A DNA stretch of 56,061 nucleotides, from positions 1 through 56,061 of the IMG/VR virus record IMGVR_UViG_3300005529_000044. One strand, 5' to 3'. The translations under genes were made by a program, and so were the position numbers. Below, in pieces: positions 35,533-43,819 of this stretch (its first letter is position 1; the number at the start of each line of letters is the position of its first letter). This DNA comes from a virus (Duplodnaviria; Caudoviricetes). Below the pieces are notes generated by a model, which was not told where the DNA came from, ran no database searches, and was given only the letters and a program-made list of their open reading frames with translations.

Positions 35533-35662
35533 GGCTGGTGATTATGGATGCGCGAGCTTGGCAAGCGCAACGGCTGCTGGCGATCGACCCCGGCCGCCTG
35601 AAACATCTGCATCATCAGGGAAGTACCGCAGCGGCACTGTCCAGAAACGAAAACGGCTTGCT

Positions 35663-35983
35663 TCACTTGGCATCCTCCATGTGGGTGTGGCGTCGCGCCG
35701 GGGTACCGCACGATACGCGCGTAATGTGAAACTTTATTCCTTGCGCGGAAAGGACGCTCTGGCAGAACTCCATGATGGTCAGAAGTTCTATTTCCGTATC
35801 CGCCGCTTGACGAAGTCGCTCTAACAGCGGCCGCAAAATCGCCGCTGCATCGGGTCCGATCTTCCGGTGAAACGGTATTATCGGCGCTTGGCCATTAAGC
35901 CGAGCCATCCCCTCCGGATAGAAATCCGCCAGGGTGGGCTGAAACGGCGGGAAAAAATCGTTGATCGAAACACTTTGCTCCAT
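35663..35983 (-). CDS. Hypothetical protein
   Basis: AGGAG RBS; in operon. Confidence 0.5.
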   Translation of the reverse strand: MEQSVSINDFFPPFQPTLADFYPEGMARLNGQAPIIPFHRKIGPDAAAILRPLLERLRQAADTEIELLTIMEFCQSVLSAQGIKFHITRVSCGTPARRHTHMEDAK

Positions 35984-36031
35984 GGCGTCAGAACTCCTTC
36001 GCGCACCCCCAACTTCCGCCCGATACGCGCT

Positions 36032-36316
36032 TCATGCGATTTGCTTCGCGTTTTGGCGGCGTTCCTCGATCCGCCGCGCATGGGCCGCCACATCGCGGTT
36101 CGCGGCGGGCGGAAGTTGGAAAAAATCTCCGGAGGGTGCCTGCCCGCCGACCGCTTTCACCATCTCCACTTCCACCTTGGCGACGTTGATGATCGTTTGC
36201 GCAACATCGCTGATCACCTTTGCTCGATCGAGATCCATCGGCTTGTCCGGATCTTTGAGCGCTTCGAGGGTTTCAAACAGGTGGTCGCGAAGATCGGTGA
36301 TTTTATTCTTTGCCAT
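36032..36316 (-). CDS. Conserved phage protein
   Basis: KNKITDLRDHLFETLE.L.D....DLDRAK.I..VAQ.IIN.AKVEV, a family I recall adjacent to this HNH type. Confidence 0.75.
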   Translation of the reverse strand: MAKNKITDLRDHLFETLEALKDPDKPMDLDRAKVISDVAQTIINVAKVEVEMVKAVGGQAPSGDFFQLPPAANRDVAAHARRIEERRQNAKQIA

Positions 36317-36983
36317 GGGACTCCCTTAATTTCCGTTTCAGAACGCCGTTGAGCTGGATCACATCGGCGAGCTCGCGAGGCAGGCGGCCCCACATGCGGT
36401 TGCGGTGCGCCAGCGCGGCGCGGCTGATCAACTCCAGGTTTTCGAGGGTGCAGTTCTTCCGGTTGCCGTCCTTGAACACGACGACGTGGCCTTTTGGGAC
36501 GGGTCCGTTTTTCTGCTCCCACACATAGCGGTGGTATTGCGGCCAGACGCCTGGATTTCCCCAGCCTGTCGGCTCTTTGCCGTAGACTGCCTCACGAAGT
36601 TTGATCCGCAGATACCCGTCGCTGTCCGGGAGGATCGTGCCGACCGGCACCCAGTTCTTCGCGGCCATCCCGGAGCGTTGGCCTTTCTTGAACTGCGTCT
36701 CCTGCATCCGGCCGGGCGCAAATCCGGGGCGCCTCAAACCCTTATTTGCGGGAGTCTGGCCCTTTTTGAACTCGGTGGTGGGACTGATGCGCTGGCCCTT
36801 TTGGATCCGGCATTCGCGGCGAAGGTAGGCCGCGTCTTTCCGGAGGCCCAGTTTTTTCGCCACCTGATAGACGCTGCTGGCGGTCCGCTGCAAACGCGCG
36901 GCGATGGCTTGCGTGGGTAGCGAGGCGTACAGTTCCTCAACCGCTCGGAGCTCTTGCTTGGAATAGAACCGCCGACCCATCAC
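36303..36983 (-). CDS. HNH endonuclease (HNH_3-like)
   Basis: FKKG repeats; HRYVWEQ.NGPVP.GH.V.FKDGN..NC..ENLELI.R......N. Confidence 0.88.
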   Translation of the reverse strand: MMGRRFYSKQELRAVEELYASLPTQAIAARLQRTASSVYQVAKKLGLRKDAAYLRRECRIQKGQRISPTTEFKKGQTPANKGLRRPGFAPGRMQETQFKKGQRSGMAAKNWVPVGTILPDSDGYLRIKLREAVYGKEPTGWGNPGVWPQYHRYVWEQKNGPVPKGHVVVFKDGNRKNCTLENLELISRAALAHRNRMWGRLPRELADVIQLNGVLKRKLRESHGKE

Positions 36984-37195
36984 GCTTTGCGCATCGCCTC
37001 CAGCTTGCGCACGTAGTCCTCGGCCTCGCGCCAGTCTCGGCGATCGCGCTGGACTTGGCGGACCTGAGCCTCGTCGCGCGGGTCGGGTTGGTTCGTGCCA
37101 GGCACCAGCGCGGTCTCTATCGCCGATTCGAGATGATCCTGGAGCAGGGCGAGGAGGCGCGTCAAGCGCGCCATGTCGCGCTTGGTGAGCCTCAT
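36980..37195 (-). CDS. Hypothetical protein
   Basis: ATGA-coupled. Confidence 0.6.
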   Translation of the reverse strand: MRLTKRDMARLTRLLALLQDHLESAIETALVPGTNQPDPRDEAQVRQVQRDRRDWREAEDYVRKLEAMRKA

Positions 37196-37476
37196 CGGCT
37201 CTGCTCCTGGTCGTGCGCGGGATCGCTACCGCGCCGCATGATCTCGGCGTTGGCCGGAAAACCCGCTTCCGCCACGCGCTCGATGATCCCGCTGACCATC
37301 CTGCGGGCGATCTCGGACGCTGGTCCGCGGTTACCAGGATGCCGGAGCGCGAGCTGGAGATGGCCGACGATGGCGGCGCACGTCACTAGGTCCATGTAAA
37401 CCGGCTGAAGGTAGTCGCGCCCGCGGGCGCTCATGCTCTCCTCGCTTGCGGCGCGGATCAGTTCTGCATCTGTCAT
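37192..37476 (-). CDS. Hypothetical protein, first gene after attP
   Basis: GAGGAG RBS; LQLALRHP motif. Confidence 0.65.
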   Translation of the reverse strand: MTDAELIRAASEESMSARGRDYLQPVYMDLVTCAAIVGHLQLALRHPGNRGPASEIARRMVSGIIERVAEAGFPANAEIMRRGSDPAHDQEQSR

Positions 37477-37500
37477 CGCTGTGTCTCCTCCTCGTCTTGA

Positions 37501-37727
37501 CTTACACTGCGTCTTACACTGACTTGCTGCGCGCCAGTGCGTTTCGGTGCGTATAGGCCTTGGTATTCTGCTGAATCTATAGCGTGGAGTTGCACCGGAA
37601 TGCTGCGGATTTAGATTCGTAATCAGCAGGTCGCCGGTTCAAGCCCGGCGGGTGGCTCCATTATTTTCAGTACTTTGCATCGCTTTCCCTATCCATACAG
37701 GACGTGTCTTACACCGTCGGCTTACAC
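37501..37727. other. attP site with paired CTTACAC arm-type repeats
   Basis: CTTACAC at 37501, 37513, 37708 and 37721, flanking the tRNA-derived core, just downstream of the integrase. Confidence 0.85.
37614..37660 (+). tRNA. 3' half of tRNA-Thr(CGT) (att core, not a complete tRNA)
   Basis: GATT-CGT-AATCAG anticodon arm, GCCGG-TTCAAGC-CCGGC T arm, GGGTGGC-T-CCA; no D arm or 5' acceptor strand. Confidence 0.88.
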
Positions 37728-37797
37728 CCGTAGTTTTTACCGGATCGGCGGTTTGCGCGAAGCCGTACATCGTCACAGCCGCCAACAAAAGGAAAAA

Positions 37798-39096
37798 TCA
37801 CATCGTCCTCGCTTTCTCTTCCGGCGCCGCGGCGTCCTTGGCCTGCATGTGCTGGCCGAGCCGGACGGCCAGGTCTTTGAGGCGCCGCTCGCTCACGATG
37901 TGGTAGCGATCGAAGACGGCCCGCGTCTTGTGGCCTGAGATCTCCATCGCTTCTTTTTCGCTGAAGCCCGCCTCTATCATGTTGGTGACGGCAGTCCGGC
38001 GCAGGTCATGAAAGAGCTGGTCGGGGATACCGGCGAGCTCGCATGCTGTCGCCCAGGACTTTCGGAAATCGCGCACGCGCCGGCCTTCGTGCTGTAGCAG
38101 ATAGGGACAGGCGAGACATTCTTTTGACTGCGGATCGTCGCCCGTGACTCCGCTCTCTGCCGCTTCGGCGTGGGGCGTTCCCGTTTTGTGCCCGGCTCGC
38201 TTGCGCGATATAACCGTTTTCCCAGGTTCGCTTGCCTTCCTAACGTGGGAACTCGTATGTCCGTGGCTCCCCGCAGTCAAAGCCTTGTGACGCAGCCCCG
38301 CGATCGCCATCTCTAGCTCGGCGGCCATGTCGCCGTAAATGGGCAGGTAGCGCGGGTGTCCGTTCTTCGTGGTCGCTCGCCTGATCAGGATACGACCGGC
38401 CTTTAGGTCGATCGCGTCGATCCGGATGCTTGCGATCTCGCCCTTTCGGGCACCGGTGTGGTAGCCGATCACCAGCGCGATCCGCGCGTATGGCGGCAGG
38501 GAGTCGCGCACGGCCTTGTATTGGTCGTGCGATAGAATGCCCTCGCGTGGATCGCTTTCCGGCAGCATTTCGAAGTGTGGGATGCGGGTCACCAGCGGAG
38601 GGTCTTCCATCGCACCCAAGTTCAAGGCTCGGCGAACATAGGCGAGCTCGCGATTGATCGTCGCGTTTGCCGGCCGCGGTTTGGCCTGTTGGCGATGATA
38701 AGTATACCTACGTATCAGCGCGCTAGTGACGTCTTTCGCCTTGATGGACCCGAACCAGGCGCGCAACCGCCCTGGCTCTTCTCGGCCGTCGCCTGGCCGC
38801 AGCCAGCTATTGACCAAACGCAGCGAATGCCGGCCTTTGGTGCGATAGGAGTCAAGAAGCAAATCGAATAGCTGCGCCATCTTTACTCGCTCTGGCAGCA
38901 CGTCAGATTCGGAACTGGTTGCCGACATCTTGCGACGCAGAAACTGCACGGCCTCGTCGTAGTCTTCGGTTTCTGCCGGCAGCGTGACCGGCTTGCCCTG
39001 GACGTAATAGCGCACGTACCATGTGCGCGTTTCTTTGAGTTGGCCATCGCGGCCGCGATAGCGCTGGTGGAAAACCGAACCGCTGGAGAGCTTCAT
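37798..39096 (-). CDS. int: Tyrosine integrase
   Basis: ATINREL, TGARKGEI (R), TTKNG (K), FHDLRRT (HxxR), SGHKT, FDRY (Y). Confidence 0.96.
   Translation of the reverse strand: MKLSSGSVFHQRYRGRDGQLKETRTWYVRYYVQGKPVTLPAETEDYDEAVQFLRRKMSATSSESDVLPERVKMAQLFDLLLDSYRTKGRHSLRLVNSWLRPGDGREEPGRLRAWFGSIKAKDVTSALIRRYTYHRQQAKPRPANATINRELAYVRRALNLGAMEDPPLVTRIPHFEMLPESDPREGILSHDQYKAVRDSLPPYARIALVIGYHTGARKGEIASIRIDAIDLKAGRILIRRATTKNGHPRYLPIYGDMAAELEMAIAGLRHKALTAGSHGHTSSHVRKASEPGKTVISRKRAGHKTGTPHAEAAESGVTGDDPQSKECLACPYLLQHEGRRVRDFRKSWATACELAGIPDQLFHDLRRTAVTNMIEAGFSEKEAMEISGHKTRAVFDRYHIVSERRLKDLAVRLGQHMQAKDAAAPEEKARTM
38123..38281. repeat. 159-bp inverted-repeat-bounded structured segment in frame within int
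   Basis: TTTGACTGCGG (38123-38133) and CCGCAGTCAAA (38271-38281) enclosing internal stems. Confidence 0.75.
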
Positions 39097-39353
39097 GACG
39101 TGACCTTATTCCTCCGGATCCATTCGTCGAGATCCTGTAGGTCAACCATCTTACGCCGGCCGCTGGCGACGACGGGCAGCTCGTGGCGCTCGATCATCGT
39201 CCAGATCTGCCGCTCGGAGAGTGCCAGGTATTCGGCGGCCTGGTCGACGGTCAACAGCCGCCGATTGGTCGCCGGGTTCACGTGCAAGGCCTCGCGCACG
39301 GCGTCGCCGACGATCGAGCGCAGCAGCTCGGCAAACTGGTCGAACAGACTCAT
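39093..39353 (-). CDS. xis: Excisionase (HTH_17-like)
   Basis: RLLTVDQAAEYLALSERQIWTMI....LP.V..GRR..V...DLDEWI; coupled to int. Confidence 0.88.
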   Translation of the reverse strand: MSLFDQFAELLRSIVGDAVREALHVNPATNRRLLTVDQAAEYLALSERQIWTMIERHELPVVASGRRKMVDLQDLDEWIRRNKVTS

Positions 39354-39679
39354 ATTCCGCTGTAGCCTTCCGGTTTCGGTTTCTTGATCGTGCTGTCGAC
39401 GAGCTGGCGCTCGCGCGAGTCGTCGCGCTCCATCTCGATTCCGATCTGCACGCCGAGTTGCAGCGCCATCCGACAAGCATCGAACAGCGATGACGAACCG
39501 CAGAGCACCCCCGCGATCGTCTGATGGACGTGCGGGTGCTGGGCCATCTCGGTCGCCAGGTGCGCGTATTTTTCGCCGATCGCGGCCGCCCGGATCAGCG
39601 CTTCGAGGTGTTGCTCGGGCGGCGCGTCCCGCTTGGTCGCGATCACCACGGTGTCGAAGGCTTCGGCGAAGGTCTTCAC
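39350..39679 (-). CDS. Hypothetical protein
   Basis: GTGA-coupled. Confidence 0.55.
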   Translation of the reverse strand: MKTFAEAFDTVVIATKRDAPPEQHLEALIRAAAIGEKYAHLATEMAQHPHVHQTIAGVLCGSSSLFDACRMALQLGVQIGIEMERDDSRERQLVDSTIKKPKPEGYSGI

Positions 39680-39927
39680 GATTTTGGTTTCCTCGCGAAG
39701 TCCCCGGCCATGGGGCAATCTATGAAATGGTTCAGGCCGGCCGAAGTGTACGGCACGTTCTTCCCGTTGCGGTGGCGGACGAAATAGATCGGCGCGCTAC
39801 AGCCGCGGCAGATAGCCGGCTCGCCGATCAGGTCGAGCAGCTTCTTCATGGCCGCGGCCTGCGCCTGGACGCAGAGCACGTCCGCGGTGTGCGGCAAGCG
39901 GCAGAGTCGGCACAGATCAGCCGGCAT
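39676..39927 (-). CDS. Zn-finger protein
   Basis: CRLC and CRGCSAPIYFV...NGK.VP......NHFIDCP. Confidence 0.7.
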   Translation of the reverse strand: MPADLCRLCRLPHTADVLCVQAQAAAMKKLLDLIGEPAICRGCSAPIYFVRHRNGKNVPYTSAGLNHFIDCPMAGDFARKPKS

Positions 39928-40195
39928 CGGGCGTCTCCTCTCGTTCGGCCGCGGCGGCGGCCTCGATCTTCGATTGCAGGCCTTGGCGCGTGGCGGTGCG
40001 CTCGGCGATCTGGCGCGCCTCCGACTCGAGCACGCAGCAGCCGCAATGCGCCGTCGTGCCCCGGTATTCGCGTGGCGCGCCCGACTTGTGGCCGCACTCA
40101 AGCTGGAGATACTCCCAGCCCGGCGCTTCGGGATCCGGCCAGCGGCGCTCGATGCGGCGATCGAAGTTTACCGGACGCTTGATGCGGTCAGCCAT
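39917..40195 (-). CDS. Hypothetical Zn-binding protein
   Basis: LECGH...HCGCC. Confidence 0.6.
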   Translation of the reverse strand: MADRIKRPVNFDRRIERRWPDPEAPGWEYLQLECGHKSGAPREYRGTTAHCGCCVLESEARQIAERTATRQGLQSKIEAAAAAEREETPDAG

Positions 40196-40431
40196 AGATT
40201 TCCTTCCAGCGCCGGGCGGAATTGCTCAAGCTCGCGCTTGATCATCTCGAAGTCTTCCCGCCGGACGATGACGTATTTCCGCCGTGCATCGCGAAAACCT
40301 TCCTTCACCATGGCGATGCATTCCTCGCCGCCCGCGTCGCACTCAACCTTCAGCGTTTCCGGCGCCGACAGCTCGATTAGCCGATCGAGGTCGCCCTGGA
40401 GCAGGCGGCGAGCTTCGGACAGGTCAGGCAT
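40168..40431 (-). CDS. Hypothetical protein
   Basis: In operon. Confidence 0.5.
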   Translation of the reverse strand: MPDLSEARRLLQGDLDRLIELSAPETLKVECDAGGEECIAMVKEGFRDARRKYVIVRREDFEMIKRELEQFRPALEGNLWLTASSVR

Positions 40432-40636
40432 AGAGCTCCGTGAGGCGACGCTGGAACGTGAGTAGCTCGGCGTGCAGCCGGTCGAGCTCCGCGGCGTCGA
40501 TCATGGCGACCGGCGGCAAGCCGGCCTGCAGGGCTTCGGCCTGGAGATAATCCGCGACGCGCAGCGTGTCGACGTGGGCGATGATCCGCTCGAGGTCGCC
40601 GGCCAGCAGCTTCCGGTTGAGATCACTCACGCGGAT
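40424..40636 (-). CDS. Hypothetical protein
   Basis: In operon; start uncertain. Confidence 0.45.
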   Translation of the reverse strand: MRVSDLNRKLLAGDLERIIAHVDTLRVADYLQAEALQAGLPPVAMIDAAELDRLHAELLTFQRRLTELYA

Positions 40637-41105
40637 TACTCCCGGGACCAATCAGCTTTACGAACAGTTCACCGCGCCGTGCCAGGCCACTATTCAGATA
40701 GTGCGCCGCGCAGCCCTCGATCGTGGCAGGATGGTCGACACCGGCGACCCACACCAAAGCTCCGCGCGCGCGCTCGGCCGCGATCCAGTTGACTTGTTCG
40801 GGCTCGAGATGCGTGGCTTTCTTCCGGCCTGCGCGGACCCGCTTGAATTCCCACCAGAGAACCTCGGCCGCCGGCGCTTTCAACACACCATAGCCCCCAG
40901 TCGGCAGTTCGATCAGATCAAAACGCGAGTAGCGAATGAAAAGCCGATCGCATGCCCCCGCCTCGCCGGTCCGTTTACGTTTTCGCTCGCTGAAATTTTC
41001 TTCGTACTTGAGCACCCTCCAGCCGTCGAGCTCCATCGCCTGGACGATGGTTTGCTCGATGTGGATTTCTTTGGTCATATAGCGCACGGCTACGGGGCGG
41101 CTCAT
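40623..41105 (-). CDS. VRR-NUC-like PD-(D/E)xK nuclease / putative resolvase
   Basis: E..IEQ.I, GACDRLFI, WWEFKR, L.PEQ.NW motifs. Confidence 0.75.
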   Translation of the reverse strand: MSRPVAVRYMTKEIHIEQTIVQAMELDGWRVLKYEENFSERKRKRTGEAGACDRLFIRYSRFDLIELPTGGYGVLKAPAAEVLWWEFKRVRAGRKKATHLEPEQVNWIAAERARGALVWVAGVDHPATIEGCAAHYLNSGLARRGELFVKLIGPGSNPRE

Positions 41106-41557
41106 GCCTTGGGCTCCGGTGCGGGCAGCGCGAGTTGCGCATTCCAGACCTCGAACGCTGTGCGTCCGTCGGCTGCTAGCGCGTACGGCATGAACACTTC
41201 GTGCGGTTTACACATGCCGGCTTCGATCATCGCGTTCTGCACTTTCACCCAGGTGAGTAGTTGCCGCCAGGCGATCCGTTCGGCCTTGGCCTGGAGCTTC
41301 GATCTCTCCGGCACGTTCGACCCTGCGCGGCGCTTTAGGTGCTGGTAAACGCCTTCTATTCTGGCTGGCATCGAAAAACTGATATCTCGGCCCTCGGCGC
41401 GCAAGGTCCAATCGATGCCGGTGATCTTGCCGCCGTCGTCGTGATGTGTGGCTATCCGGCGGGCTCCCGCCTTTACCAGTTCGGTCGCAATCTCAGCCGC
41501 CGAACGGTCGGCTTCGACCTCGGTCGATTCGAGAAACATCGGCTTCTTCATGCTCAT
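41102..41557 (-). CDS. Conserved phage hypothetical protein
   Basis: AERIAWRQLL.WVK.Q.AMIE......EVFMPY. Confidence 0.72.
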   Translation of the reverse strand: MSMKKPMFLESTEVEADRSAAEIATELVKAGARRIATHHDDGGKITGIDWTLRAEGRDISFSMPARIEGVYQHLKRRAGSNVPERSKLQAKAERIAWRQLLTWVKVQNAMIEAGMCKPHEVFMPYALAADGRTAFEVWNAQLALPAPEPKA

Positions 41558-42216
41558 CGCAGGAAGTTCTTCCGCTGGCCGTCGCTATCGTCGATGCGCG
41601 ATTCGATCGCCTTCTGGTCGCGCAGGATCGTGAGCACGGAATAAATTGCCGAGGGCGTTGCACGCAGTTCTTTGATCAGGTCGGCCGAAGTCATCGGCTT
41701 CTTGCGCAGCGCCGCCAGGATTTCGGCTTTGCGGCCCGACGGCTCCGGCGCTGGCTCGCCTGCGGGTGCCGCCGGTTTCGTGCGACCGCCGCTGCCGTTT
41801 GCCGTACGTTGCCGGCGCGGCTTGTCAGTCCTATTTGACCCGGCTGCGGGTTCGTCAATTTTATTTGACGCCCGGCCGACCTCGATGCGGGCGTTCGTAA
41901 CGGTGATAGGCCCCCTGAGTCCCGGATCGTCGACGAGGTCCGGCGCGTCCGGCGGCTCCTGCTCCGGCGCTTCGCCCAGCAGCAGCAGGCAGCGGTGTTC
42001 CATCTGCTTGCAGCAGGAAATCAGCACGCGCAGGCTGCCGCGATACGCCTTTTGGTCGAAGGGCAGGCCCTGGAGAATCGCGTCGATCGTCTGGGCGCCC
42101 CGGATCATCTCCCCATGCAGCAGGATCTGATCCTGCGGGAGCTCGTAGAGCTGGAGCTGTGGCTCGACCGGTGGAGGCGGATCGGGCGGCGGAGGGATGA
42201 ATCGCGGGCGCTTCAT
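41554..42216 (-). CDS. Protein with C-terminal winged HTH
   Basis: ILAALRKKPMTSADLIKEL....SAIYSVL..L. Confidence 0.65.
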   Translation of the reverse strand: MKRPRFIPPPPDPPPPVEPQLQLYELPQDQILLHGEMIRGAQTIDAILQGLPFDQKAYRGSLRVLISCCKQMEHRCLLLLGEAPEQEPPDAPDLVDDPGLRGPITVTNARIEVGRASNKIDEPAAGSNRTDKPRRQRTANGSGGRTKPAAPAGEPAPEPSGRKAEILAALRKKPMTSADLIKELRATPSAIYSVLTILRDQKAIESRIDDSDGQRKNFLR

Positions 42217-42800
42217 CGCGTATTCCTCCGGATCGGCGTCGTCTTGCCCTTGTGGCCGGCCTGGCGCTGTTCGTGCTCTTCACGCGCTTCGCCGCGGAGT
42301 GGTAGTTCCTCCTGGCCGTCGTCGTGTTCGTCGGTATCGTGCTTGGCATGCTTCTTCAGCTCGCCGTACGTGGCTTTCAGCCGCGCCTTGGCGTCACCCA
42401 GGATGCGGCCCCAGGTGCCCAGCTTGGTTTCGAGCCCGTCATCGGCGCTCTCCAGCCGAAATCGGAGCACGGGCGGTTTCTCTTTCCCCTTCGTGACCTC
42501 GGGGATAAAGACTTCGAAGTTGCCGATTTTCTGTGCGCGCAGTGTGATCTCGTGCTGGGCGAGCTCACTTGCCGCGGGCGTCAGGATGATCTCGCAGGCG
42601 ACCAGCGCGCCGCGTAGTCCTGGCGTGCCGCGCACCGTCTCGGCCGGGAGGTCCTGCCAGCCCATGGCCTCGCGGATCGGCAGTAGCCAGGCCGATTCGA
42701 AGTAGGCGCGCACCGACGGACCGCCGGGTCCGCGCTTCGGCTTGGGCACGAACTCGAACCGGGTCAGGCGCGCGCCGGTGAATTCGATCACGTTCTTCAT
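42213..42800 (-). CDS. Hypothetical protein
   Basis: Start re-called at MKNVIEF after GGAGG. Confidence 0.65.
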   Translation of the reverse strand: MKNVIEFTGARLTRFEFVPKPKRGPGGPSVRAYFESAWLLPIREAMGWQDLPAETVRGTPGLRGALVACEIILTPAASELAQHEITLRAQKIGNFEVFIPEVTKGKEKPPVLRFRLESADDGLETKLGTWGRILGDAKARLKATYGELKKHAKHDTDEHDDGQEELPLRGEAREEHEQRQAGHKGKTTPIRRNTR

Positions 42801-42801
42801 G

Positions 42802-43053
42802 TCAGTATTTCCCTCCGTGGGTGAGGGCCGAATTGCAATCCATCCGGGCCTCGCGGATTTTGCGGATCGCAACGGTCCGGTCGGGCCCGGGCGGCACGTG
42901 CTCGATGATCGTGTGCACGGCATGTATCAGAGCGACGCGCACGGCATGCCCGCGCTCGGTCTTCTGTTGATCCCAAGGATGGTATTCGAACATGTCGCGC
43001 ACGGTCGCGCGCACTTCGTCGGTCAGTTCCGTCGCTCGATTCAGGTCAGGCAT
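42802..43053 (-). CDS. Acb2/Tad1-like nucleotide-sponge anti-defence protein
   Basis: MFEYHPW..Q......VR.A......I...VP.GPDRTVAIRKIREARMDCNSAL resembles the F.YH.P...CP..RE.S.A.TKL.EA.MWAN.AI family pattern. Confidence 0.7.
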   Translation of the reverse strand: MPDLNRATELTDEVRATVRDMFEYHPWDQQKTERGHAVRVALIHAVHTIIEHVPPGPDRTVAIRKIREARMDCNSALTHGGKY

Positions 43054-43363
43054 GGGGCTCCTCTTCGGTGGGGATGTCGTCAACTGCGGCTTCTGCGGCG
43101 GGCGGCGCGGCCTGTACGACAGGCGCCGGTACCGGGCGCAGCACGCCCGCGGCGCGCGCCCGGTGATATTCGTCCTTGAACTTCTCGACCAGCTTCGGGG
43201 TGACCTTCACGCCCCAGACCTGGACCAGGATTTCTCCGGCGGCGTTCTTGCCGATCAGTCCCTCGCGGCGGCCGCTGCCGGCGACGTCGATGGAAGCCAG
43301 CAGATGGCAGTGCCGACGTAGCTCGGCGAGCGTCATGGCGTAGCGGGGGCGAGGGTCGCTCAT
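43046..43363 (-). CDS. Hypothetical protein
   Basis: ATGA-coupled. Confidence 0.55.
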   Translation of the reverse strand: MSDPRPRYAMTLAELRRHCHLLASIDVAGSGRREGLIGKNAAGEILVQVWGVKVTPKLVEKFKDEYHRARAAGVLRPVPAPVVQAAPPAAEAAVDDIPTEEEPHA

Positions 43364-43581
43364 GAATTGATGTGTTTCTCGCGATCGCGATCGACCTGGT
43401 CGAGCGCGTTCAATGTGGCGTCGAACTTTGCCGGTTGTTTCAACACCCACCGGAATAGATCGATCATGATCGGGTTGATCGCTTTGAAATGCTCAGGAGC
43501 GTCCAGGACTGCGTCGGCGTTGGCCTGGCATTCTTCCAGGTGCGCGAGCGCGCGGCGGATCTCGGCTTCGCTGCGCATCAT
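43360..43581 (-). CDS. Hypothetical protein
   Basis: MRSEAEIRRA...L.WVL motif. Confidence 0.6.
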   Translation of the reverse strand: MMRSEAEIRRALAHLEECQANADAVLDAPEHFKAINPIMIDLFRWVLKQPAKFDATLNALDQVDRDREKHINS

Positions 43582-43706
43582 GGCTCGAACGCCCTCACGA
43601 AAAACAGATACAGCCGCATCCACCAGGGCATCCGCGGTGACAACACGGCCCGCCATACCAGCACGCGATAGCCGGGCGTGAGGACTGCATACGTGCGCGT
43701 TCTCAT
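43578..43706 (-). CDS. Small hydrophobic/basic peptide
   Basis: ATGA-coupled at both ends. Confidence 0.4.
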   Translation of the reverse strand: MRTRTYAVLTPGYRVLVWRAVLSPRMPWWMRLYLFFVRAFEP

Positions 43707-43819
43707 GGGTGCTCCAGCCAGCCCAGATACCAGAGCCCCAGGCCAATTGCGATCACGGCCAGAATCACCTCGAGCAGCACGCCGGCGGCCCAGTCGCGCA
43801 ACTCGCGAGCGCGGCTCAT
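43703..43819 (-). CDS. Single-TM micro-protein (38 aa)
   Basis: My translation MSRARELRDWAAGVLLEVILAVIAIGLGLWYLGWLEHP; GGAGG RBS; overlaps the parB stop. Confidence 0.5.
   Translation of the reverse strand: MSRARELRDWAAGVLLEVILAVIAIGLGLWYLGWLEHP

Noticed and set aside
37614-37660. Complete phage-encoded tRNA
   Set aside because: No D arm or 5' acceptor strand; it is the att core.
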